Positions 1 through 10,270 of a stretch of DNA of 40,796 nucleotides are shown here, piece by piece. This stretch comes from Catajapyx aquilonaris (taxonomy: Eukaryota). The position numbers and the translations under genes were made by a program. The notes under the pieces are model-generated. The model saw only the letters and a list, made by a program, of their open reading frames with translations, did not search any database and was not told the origin of the DNA. The stretch spans positions 1-40,796 of the forward strand of contig JYFJ02003554.1 in the NCBI GenBank assembly GCA_000934665.2, given 5' to 3'. The first letter of the stretch is position 1. Each line of letters opens with the position of its first letter.

Positions 1-246
1 TTTTTCGGCGCACTTTTTTGGAAGCATAATTTTTGACACTTTTTACTAGATCAAAATTGCTCTTTACGTCGTTTTGTTCCATAATTTATACAGTATTATG
101 ATATAACTTAGCTAGTTCTTATTGTTAGATTGCTAATGAGAGCGAATGAAAGAATCTTCTGACGTTGACATTAATTGTAGAGCTAAATTTAACATTAAGG
201 AATTTATGCAGGAAAAACCACTAGGTGTGCGACCTGGGTGCGACTT

Positions 247-269
247 TCTTCTTCTTCTTCTTCTTCTTC

Positions 270-328
<59 letters not shown>

Positions 329-338
329 GATGATGATA

Positions 339-415
<77 letters not shown>

Positions 416-434
416 ACTAATAATAACATTGTTG

Positions 435-503
<69 letters not shown>
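247..503. repeat. Compound trinucleotide microsatellite (CTT)n(ATT)n(GAT)n...(GTT)n(ATT)n
   Basis: Read directly. It accounts for the poly-I/D/L/M/S/R ORFs at 133-762, 146-577 and 225-506. Confidence 0.97.
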
Positions 504-505
<2 letters not shown>

Positions 506-710
506 GCATCACGGCGCATGGTCCGGATGAACTTGGAAATGATGATTGTTGACGATTGGGAAGGACATGACGTATAGCATACGAGTGTAAGTGCAGTAAG
601 CTGGAGATATACAGCTCGACTGACGAAATGGAAATGGAGACCGGGGTTGGGATCGAACCCGGGACCATTACTTCCGTGGATGAACATATTGCCGACTGCG
701 ACACTCCGCC
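504..710 (-). mobile_element. tRNA-derived SINE running into an (AAT)n tail
   Basis: The minus strand starts GGCGGAGTGTCGCAGTCGG (box A-like) ... GGTTCGATCCC (box B). A non-tRNA body follows and ends at the trinucleotide tract. No TSD seen. Confidence 0.65.
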
Positions 711-1289
711 TTCCCTGAACGATATGAAAACAATGTATTGTCAATCGCAACATTTCCGTCAAAACAATCGTATATTGTATAAAAATAGCAATATATTTTC
801 ATATTGAAAACTGCTATTTACTTCAGAAAGCCATTTAACTTACACTAATTCGTGAGATATTAGTCTAAGTGGAATTTACCATTTAAAAAATATATTCAGT
901 CATTTCGATTCATCCCGCCACCCACAGCCCTCTCCAGCCTCCCTTGATCTCCCTTCTCTTCATGAAAAAAACTGGTTAATTAAACATGTGATCATAGATT
1001 AATGCATCGTTAAAATAGAGCTTATATAGCTATTTGTAACTGAATGACAAACAAATTTTTAAAGTACATGTTAATATAAACGTAGAAGATGTACACGGCA
1101 TTCATGAGATACTCTCCCCCGATCGCTATTGTTCGCAACTACTGTACTGGTGTAAAGCAGAGTGGCCTTGTATACGATATACTCCCCCAGCAGCTCATAC
1201 TTGGATCCCAAGTTTGGGATTGGAAGCCCGACATGAGAGGGAAAAGCTCTTGAAGTTACGAGCATATTTGTTTATTGTCTGGGAGCGCC

Positions 1290-1386
1290 AAGGAATACCT
1301 GGGAGTACCAAGGAGTACCTAAGGAGTACCGAAGAGTACCAAAGAGTACCACTGAAGGTGTACACCGGAGAACCGAAGTGAGTACC
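1290..1386. repeat. Degenerate short tandem repeat of GAGTACC-containing ~10-bp units
   Basis: ggaatacc/ggagtacc/agagtacc units recur about every 10-11 nt. Confidence 0.8.
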
Positions 1387-2328
1387 CCCTTGGGTAATAT
1401 ATTGTATTGTATTGTTGGTGGACAACTGGTACCATAAATCCTGATAACCAACAATACAATACTATTACCTATGTGTCCAGACTTTAGAGTCACCCTGTAC
1501 AAATGAAAGCATACACACTATTTACAATGATCACAAGCGACCTGTAAGCACACGAATTGTCCAACCAACAAAACAATGCAAAATACTCCCAACAAATCAT
1601 TCAAATAAACCAAAAGCAAGGTAACAAAACTGTTGAGCAAAGCTCAATCAATAGATTAAGGAATCAAAAATATACCTGAGTGATAGTGGAGCACCACAGG
1701 TTCGTTAAACCTTTCAACCACTCATCAGCAATGAAGTGTATATAGAAATTTAAAGCAGCACACAGGACACAGCAAGAGGTGATTTTCCTCTGCGAAAATC
1801 ATAAACGACTCTGAGGCCATAAAGTTCCCCCAACTTGGAACTTCCAACCTAAGTACGCTAAACTGAAATAAGAGCAACGCAAAGTGAATATCGTAGGCGT
1901 AGTGTAAGATCACACAATTCGTGATCGTAGCACTTAGGTGTCAAGAATGCAGTCCCCAGGAGAGATGGCCAAAGGCATCTGACTTCACGGACAGTCTTGA
2001 AAGACGGAAAGAAGCTTTCCAGCAAAGTGCCAGGCAAGAAGGGCAACGATAAAATAAAAAATACCAGAACGTGTAACCGAATAAAAATCCAAAAAGGGAC
2101 ACGTGACAAAAGCAATCTTCAAGTAGACCTATATAGGACTACTTCTCGGCTACTCTCGTGGGGTTTAGACGGAGAGCGAATTGGTATTGGCACCTAGTAG
2201 AAATCAAAAGGATTCGGAACCTGTTCAAGGTGGTTGTCATTTTCCTGAGAAGTCTTAAGTACCATAGATATCTATGATAAGTATCATGAGTCTGAATTTC
2301 AGTTGCAGATTATCAACACCCTGTATAC

Positions 2329-2549
2329 AGTCATATTAGTCGGAAAAGTAAAACAAAAATTTATATGAGCATATAAATTTTTGTTTTACTTTTCCGACTA
2401 ATATGACTAATATCCGACTAATATCCGACTAATATGACTAATATGACTAATATGACTAATAATATACTAATATGACTAATAATACAGATTGTCGTCTCAG
2501 TACAGTTATTAGCACTAATAACTGTACTGAGACGACAATCTGTATTATT
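2329..2549. repeat. Two perfect hairpins (39-bp and 35-bp arms, 2-nt loops) joined by AATATGACT/AATATCCGACT tandem units
   Basis: 2329-2367 is the exact reverse complement of 2370-2408, and 2478-2512 of 2515-2549. Confidence 0.95.
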
Positions 2550-3758
2550 TGTTGGCGATTTATAAACTATATCGTAATACAATAATATAAATAAGTGTAT
2601 TCAAATTAATTCACCTGCTGGGGATTCCGCACATAGACTTATGAGGTGGTACCCATTTCGCCATCCACTAATCCGCTTTTAAAGGGCTGATCCTACAGTA
2701 GGTGGATTGTCTGAGCAAAGAATCCCACCTGCACTAGAGGAGAAGCTGACGTGAGATATTCATGAAAATGTGATTTCAGCTCAATCAATATTTCCTCATA
2801 AAAAAGACAACGACACCGTTTGACCCATAAAAATATTAAACTCTATAGAGTCTGGAGGTGTGTGAAGGCCATGAAAAAGCCATATATTCCAAAAATATGA
2901 ACATTTACAATTAACAGTTATTATCGCTAATGGGACGGACGTCTAATTACGTCTCGATGGCAACGAAAATGGAAAAAAAATACTCGAGGTTTTTTGCACA
3001 AAGTAATGTGGTTCATGTCTACCTTTTTCCCTTTTTATCACTTGAACAATCAAAAATTTCCGTAACATAAAAAGTTGCATTAAATTAGGCCTGACATTTT
3101 GGCCGGAGTAAAGCATTTTTATCCTTCAAAAGTATCAGTAAGGGGAATTACCTCCAGATTCGGCACAGATGGCTTCCGCCAAACTTATCCAATATTTCCC
3201 ACCCCAAAATTAACTTAAATTGTGTCTTTTTAGTTTTAAAATCATTTATATGTGAGTCTGCGTTAACTTCCTAGCAAGAAAATTGCTTAGCAGCTACGAT
3301 AGAAACTCTTATGCCATTGTCGGTCAACCCGAGACGCAGACTTTGAACCCGATTTCAACCAATAATCATATATTATGTGAATTTAAAAAATCAGCAGGAT
3401 TTCTGGTCTGAAATCTCCCAAATTTTGCAAAAGGTACGATATTGTACCAACCCTATTATATGGTGGTTAATAAAATATGTACTGAAACAGGTAACTTTTT
3501 CCCTATTTCTGTGACATTTTTGCCCCTATTTACACCCGATATTTAGCCTACATTATAATCCATCTGGAGGTAGCGCAAATCTTAATTTCTTTATTGATTA
3601 TTTTTGCATTTATGACTGTTTGCTCAGATGTTGTGTTCCATATAGGACCATATTATTATACACTTTAAACCTGATGCTCTCAGATATTATCGTCCTTCCC
3701 CCATCTTATCAATCACTTCTCCGATTTTCTAACCAACTGCCAGTATAAAGTTGATAAA

Positions 3759-4039
3759 TTATTATTATTATTATTATTATTATTTTTGCATTACCCCATA
3801 TCTATTGCGCATATATGGGGGGTGGATTACCACCATCGGATTTTTTTTTTTTTGGAGCGTGTTAAGAAGGATCTTATTATTATGCTCCAAGGTTGTTAGG
3901 AGGGGATGTGCAAAGTGCGTGTGCGCTGTCGAGTAGTGGTCATTTTGTGAACTCCCCCGGGTGGCTTAGTCTATCGGAAATTGCCACCCGAAACGAAGCC
4001 AGAGATGGCCCAACTCTGCACGAAAGAAGGTGGGAACCC
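3759..4039 (-). mobile_element. 5'-truncated non-LTR retrotransposon 3' end (CR1/L2-like) with (TAA)n tail
   Basis: A perfect 14-bp direct repeat ATAAAGTTGATAAA lies at 3745-3758 and 4040-4053 (TSD). There is a (TAA)n tail and a terminal stem-loop. The minus-strand peptide remnant PSLASFRVAI resembles the SLxxFKxxL end of CR1-clade ORF2. Confidence 0.7.
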
Positions 4040-5096
4040 ATAAAGTTGATAAAATGGAAATTTTGTAACATTATTTACCATCAAATACACCAAGGGAATA
4101 AGGGCGGCTCTGCTGAAGAAACTTAACAAGGCAGCCTGGAAGTTAGGTCAAAAGTTTGTTCCATTGTTTCAGACAGCCCCCGACCATTGTGCTTTCGTTG
4201 ATTAAAGCCCATCGACATCCAATGTGCATTTTCAAAATACGTACTAAGGACTCTCGAAAGAATAAAAGTTGGACGACCTGAAGAAGTAAAGGAATTTTGT
4301 TGCTATATACCTGAGATTCTTGAATGGATGAAATTGTGCCCTCAAGGAACTGTCTAGCTGCTCTATGCTTACCCCCGGACATATCCGAAGTTCCCATGCA
4401 GAAACTGGAATTGCTTTAAAAAATCGATATCCTTGGGATCAATGAGGCTATTAAGTGCTCACCGATATCAGTAAAATCGATTCCTCCGCAAGGAAAGACC
4501 ATTCGATTTATATTGCTTTAGGCTCAAATACAGCCAATTTATTACATTGGTGGATAGAAACGATGAACTTGAGGGCTCTTGCGAGGAATGACCAGTCTCG
4601 CGGCGATCATCATCTCAGCTTTCCGTCATACATACAATCATGCATTATTGCATCCTAGGGAGGGAAGCAGGGAGGCGGGACGCAGATGAGTTGTAGTGGA
4701 ATAGACCTCGGAAAGCTGGGGGAAAGGGGTGCTTTTCACATCATACTAAGTGGACGCTGGAATAAGGTTAATTATTATCCACACCGATTAGGCTATGGTA
4801 TTTAAGTGTTTGCTCTGCTTCAAAAGGTGGCACCGAGCTCTTCTCGGTTCTTGTGTTTGGAATTTCTACAATAATAGTACGTGTTCACCTGTATATCAAG
4901 CATGAAACATGTTGTTTTCAATTGATTTATTAAACAAATATAATTTAACACAGAAGTATAATGACTCATCAGTGGATAAAGTACGATCTTGTAAGCTTGT
5001 AACTTCAAATGTGTACTCACATATGGTGCTATTTATTTAAGTATAGTAGTGATATTTTTCAAAATTGTTCATTAGATTACATTCCAATATACAGTA

Positions 5097-8000
5097 TTAT
5101 GATGAACCCTGCCTATAGTGGCTCTTTCTACCAACCAACCCCTCTTTTTTCCCTTCTGATTGTCCATTTTCTTCTAACATAGCCATTGCATACGAGGAAT
5201 TTTCTATCTCTGCCTTTGATGCAACTGATGAATCTTCAGCCCATGGTTGCAGTTCGGAACTGCCAAAAACCAAAAATATAGTGGTGGCCAAAAGGTAAGC
5301 CCCAGCTGCCACGTAGAATACGGTCGCCCACTCTTCCTTTGTACCCTGCAAAAGATATGTGCATTTTACATCACTAAGCATTGCCCGCAGTAACAAATGT
5401 AACGTGAGAATGCAATCGCCCTGCACTGTTATGTTATTACAGTCTAATCAACATTTACTTGTAAACTTTTTCTTCCTACGAATTAGGGAAATAATGGCAG
5501 GATTGGTTTGGTGTATAGGAAGAATCTACGTTACAGTTGTGAGCAAAAATATGGCATGGACCATGGTCAGGAGCTCCAGTGAAGTCTGCCTTTGCATGGG
5601 AGAATATGCGTCAAAATTATGACGTCCGCTTCAGGACATTTCGCATGGGAGCAGAGACATCACCGGTTTTACACTGAACTCGCCCTCATAAGGGCAAAGG
5701 GACCCTAAAACGGCGTAAGAAATCGATAAATAAAATGAAATACACTAAACTCTTTGACCACAGCATCTCACCCTAGTCCGTCCCCATATTTTTGCTCGAG
5801 ACTGTTTATTGCTTAAGAGGTGAATAGGGAAATAGGCAAATGTGTAAAGTGTCAGTTTATTGGTTCATTGCTGTATTTTCAGAGCTCACATTTCTCGAAA
5901 AAATAAACTTTATTCACAAACAGTTGGTGTTTGAAAGCAAACTCGGAATAAGTAAAGTTTCGGCAAATGAAAATGTCTTCCTTTTTTCATTCCTTCCATG
6001 CCTTGAGGCCCTCAGTTGATACTCATCTGCAGTAGCCCATTTCATTTCTAAAACTTTTAGTAACGCTAGTGAGCACAATTATTACATTTGTATGTACAGC
6101 ATTTCTCATTATGTAGGAAAGCATCCTGACAAATTGTAGTTAAACATGTAAAATGGCAGAGACTAAACTTAAAAAGTGGGTCTCTCGTACAGCCAAAAAC
6201 AATTACGTTTATCAGCATGCGCAAATTCCCAAATGATCCATTGAATCAGATGTCAAAACGGATCTTTGCTATATAGGCCTACACTATATAGCAGATGGAA
6301 ACCACAAGAGGCTTGAAATGATATCCTTACATTTGGTGTCAGAGCGGCAATGGCCAAAGGACACAGAAATCCAGTGGCCAAAGCGATGGAATTGCCGATC
6401 CCGATGAGGACTCCAGATAGGCGCGGTGCAACATCAATAATGCAGAAATAGAATCCTCCCATGAGTGCAAATTCTGACATGATCTGTCCGACGGCGATGA
6501 CTGACACAGCCCCGTATTTATGGTGGTGCGTCAGAAATGGGACGATGATGAGACTTACTCCAGGTATCACAAATCCTGGATTTCAGAAAAATCAAGTATA
6601 GCATTAATGACTGCAGTATAGTATGCCAATGCTCACCGATAGTGTTGAAAATCTTGCGAAGTCTGGTCAGGCTGCATAAATTTCGACCTCTCAAGTGATC
6701 GAATAGTTTCCCAGCTAAAAAGTGGGAGATGAGAGTTCCCATAAAGGGGACACCTGAAAGGATGCCATTTTCATTGATGTCAAGTTGTAAAGCTTCCTTC
6801 ATAAAGATAGGCACGTTCAGCTGGAGAGTGAGAAATCCCCACTGATAAGTAAACAGGGTCCACACAAAGGCGTGCACAGGTACTGATTTCAAGATCGCAA
6901 TCCAAGGTACCTTGTGGTCCTGTAAGATACGAACATAATACCTCATTAGTAATGTATGACATAGTTTTTAAAAATGCCAGCTAAATGGAAAATCTACTCG
7001 TATCACCTAATCCAATTATGCATGGGGATAATAATGCATTATTCTCTCCCAAAAAAATTGAAATGCGCTAGTGTATAATGAACTATAATACGTAAATTTT
7101 TGAGCCCCGAAGCTTGTCCAAAACACCGAAACCTTTTTGAAATATCAGCCAGTCAGACACGATAATTGGCGAGAGACATTCTTTTTTCACTTCTTTCATA
7201 AAACCAATGCATGAAAGAGAGGCTCAGCAACTAGAATCGCGATAATTAGCCTGCAGGTTGACTGAAAAAGTTAACCAAGTTCAGCCCCAAATGGCATATT
7301 GGAATGGAACTGACAAGTGAATTCTGCATTGACCGACGTACTGGATACTACGACGTACTGGATAATAAGAGTTCCTGGCTGACAGCTAAACCTAACCCCG
7401 GGTCTTCTATTATTACTCGTGGTGTTTCTTACGTCTGATGGGACATGGGACACTACAATAATATGCAAGTTGTTTAAAAAATATAATTCGAGAATCATAA
7501 TATCCAAGGCGGATATTTAAAACGTACCTTTTTATTATAGTCCTTTCCTTTCAAAACACTGACGTTCCTCAAATAAATACGTTCCGATTCGGATATTCTC
7601 GGATGTTGTTCCGGTGAATCGTACACCATAAACCATATGAGGAAACATAATAGCAATCCAAATAATCCTACAAGTAAAAAACTGTTACTCGTGCTTGCAT
7701 TATTTTTTATTTTTAACCAATTAGTACTTACCTGTGACATAAAAGATCGATGGCCAACCTCCTGCAAACCCATACTGGCAAAGAACCCCAGATAGAGGGA
7801 AAATAATGGCATTAGCGACTGTAAAACCTGAGTAGGCAATAGCGAGTAAGAAAGCTCTCTCATTTGGAGCAGTCCATCGACTAAAGGGAACCATAATGGC
7901 CGGTACGGTGAATCCTTGCGCACATCCTTGGAGCAACCTAACAGCAAAGAGCAACTTGGGGCTAACTCTTGCCGCTGTGGGAGTGCCTACGACCAAAATG

Positions 8001-8373
8001 TTGTTCAGAAGTGTGCCCAACAATAAGTTGGGCTTTCCTCCAAAACGGTCGCTCAGCCAACCTCCAAGGATCTGGGTCATCATGTACCCGTAGAAGTAGG
8101 CTCCAAGGAGATGACTCTGCACGTCTTTCCCCCATTCAAATTCTCCTAATAGCTTGAAATCTTCAGGGTTGCTTGAATTCCCAGTGCTTTCGGGGTTTTC
8201 TTCGAGATCATGTTCAGTTTCATTGGTGTTCTGGTAATACAAGTCTACTCCGGGAGTTTTGACCATGCAGACTAGAGCAAAGCTGAGATTTATCCTCGTG
8301 GTCATGACGTTGAGGAGGATCAGGAAGCACAATATGGCCAGCGTGAGTCGACATGATAGAAGTAGTGATGAAC
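5097..8373 (-). CDS. SLC17 family (sialin-like) MFS anion transporter, paralogue A; coding exons 8373-7732, 7667-7528, 6919-6637, 6575-6331, 5345-5097
   Basis: All introns are GT-AG and phases are consistent. SLC17 motifs: RINLSFALVCM, FEW..Q..LLGAYFYGY..TQI.GG.L.DRFGGK, W.APNER, GGWPSIFY, YDSPEQHPRIS, VPW.AIL.S.PV, DVAPR..G.L.GI.N, EW..VF, S.ELQPWA. AATAAA on the minus strand at 5032-5037. About 526 aa if the tentative first exon is used. Confidence 0.93.
5534..5804. mobile_element. Degenerate Tc1/mariner-type MITE in the last intron of SLC17 paralogue A
   Basis: The left end ta-CAGTTGTGAGCAAAAATATGG matches the reverse complement of the right end CCATATTTTTGCTCGAGACTG. Confidence 0.65.
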
Positions 8374-8593
8374 CTGCGGTTTGGAAAAACAAATGTAAAG
8401 GTACAACATACTACTCTTGTTGTGGCTTTTGTGATGCTTGGTAGTCACAATCTCTCGCATAATGGGCAGATATGGAGATGCCGTAACCTGTCCAAGATCT
8501 AAATTCTTTACGATCTATACTGCTTTTGGCTTAGAGGCTCATTTCCTATCTTTTTGGTTGTTAATAAAATTAATTTGATTTATTTCAACAGGC

Positions 8594-8810
8594 CGTCATA
8601 TTAACTCGAAAAGCCCAAGAGTTTCTGAAAAATTTCGGCAGTTTGAAGTCTGAAATACCTATTTTTCTCAAATAAGGTGGATTTTTTTTTACAAAAAAAT
8701 GCGGAAAACGGATTTATTCCGACGATTTCCGACTCTCTTGCGACACTAAACCTGTACACAGTGCATACCGTACATAGTACTCCAAAATACTTGTCCGACT
8801 AATATGGCTA
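8594..8810. mobile_element. Degenerate MITE-like element sharing its terminal motif with the 2329-2408 hairpin
   Basis: Left cgtcatattaactcgaaaag and right tccgactaatatggct resemble AGTCATATTAGTCGGAAAAG and its reverse complement. Confidence 0.4.
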
Positions 8811-10248
8811 TTTGTTGGCACTAATTTTGTAGTAGATAATTTTACATTGTTGCCTTTAATCGCAATCAAAAGTATTGGCTTCTCTTATTAGGTTACATGT
8901 ATCGATACCCATCCTTTTTAAAGCCTGCAAAGTGGATTCTGTCATTGACGTGAGATGCCAATTATTCCAATGGGCTATACTTTGCAGCTACAGAGCTTGA
9001 ATGTATACATAATGGATGATGATACCAGTGGTCTGAGGCGGTTAATGATAATTATCCCAATAACGATGTAGGGCGACAAAATGACACGTCTAGGTAAAAT
9101 AATTATCTTCCAAGGCTAGGAATCTAACCCTCTTAAGCTTTGCGGTATCATAACAAAACCCTGTTAGGTTGGATGAATTTTGAATACCCTTATTTCCAAC
9201 TCATCATTCACATGCAATGGTAGGTTGAGATGTTTATCTCTCTTTAATAAGTATATGCACACATGAGATGTATGAATGTGTGGACCATGCAAAATAAAGG
9301 TGCTCTACAGTTCCTTACTTTACAGTATGGCCAACCAGGGAATAGTATATGAACATAGCCGCGATTATTTGACTGTAAGCGTTGAAATAAATATTTAATG
9401 AGAAAGTTGTACGAAGAGGAAAGGTGGACAGGTTTTCTCATTTGACCTTAGTTCACACTCAACCCCTCATTTTCAATACTGTATAAGCTTGTATAGGAAA
9501 AACCTCTCCCCGTGTTTCTCATCGCCGCAGGAGGAAATTGAAGGGTACCGTAGCTGATTATGTTCAAGCGCCCCCTTCCGCTCCCCCCTCACCCCAATCA
9601 CCGACATCAATCAAAAAATAATCATATACACACGTAAATAGTATAATCCATGTTGGGGGGAATCCGGACGCTTAGTTTAACGAAGCAAAAATTCACTTAA
9701 AGTGGGTCCATGTTTTGGTTGGAACATCATCTCTCCCGCCCATCTTGGATGGCGTGATCCTATAGAGGGGCCGGGTGAGATGCAAATATCATCACTACAC
9801 ATTTATGTATTATGCAGAGGATATTATCATTCAGAAAATATGAGAAAAGAGATAGACTTGGGATATTGCAATAGGCAAAATACTAATGTCATTATTATCT
9901 GGTGTATAGAATATAGCTAAGTGTCAGATTGTTGGCAGGAAACAATAAAATTGTTATAAGCCTATGTTGGATAATGCACATTTCATCAGCTCATGGTTGG
10001 CATTACTCAAATTCTCAAACGGTTCAAACCAGGAAACTTTGAGAATTGCATATCCACACTTTTCGCCACCCACAAAATGGTTTTGGCAGCCGAGGGCTTG
10101 TGAAGTAACCGAAATTCCAAGGAAGTGCCGGCTTCAGGACGTTTACACGCCAAGTTCAGGGTTCGAGTTGGAAGATGTGGGCTAAGGGGGGTGTTGGCAT
10201 AGCATGAATAACGTGAAGAAATAAATGGTGAGAATGCCAGAACCTTAC

Positions 10249-10270
10249 TTTTCTGATCCCGTCGAGCCAT
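10249..10270 (-). CDS. Tentative first coding exon of SLC17 paralogue A (MARRDQK)
   Basis: ATG followed by a phase-1 donor A|gtaagg, the phase required by the acceptor at 8373 and the phase of the first intron in paralogue B. No sequence similarity supports it. Confidence 0.4.

Noticed and set aside
133..762. Long ORFs with poly-I/S/R/D/L/M tracts
   Set aside because: They are translations of a stop-free trinucleotide microsatellite.
1290..1386. CRISPR-like array (also 2409-2477)
   Set aside because: Units are 9-11 nt with no unique spacers, the context is eukaryotic, and there are no cas genes.
1725..2240. Coding region or gene start (ORFs 1725-1913, 1858-2115, 1997-2197; minus-strand MTTTLNRFRILL...)
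   Set aside because: No recognisable motif and no consistent exon chain could be built.
3139..3586. Kolobok-like element (TACCTCCAGAT...ATCTGGAGGTA inverted 11-mer); similar hint at 26076-26580
   Set aside because: The inverted match is too short and the termini too degenerate to call.
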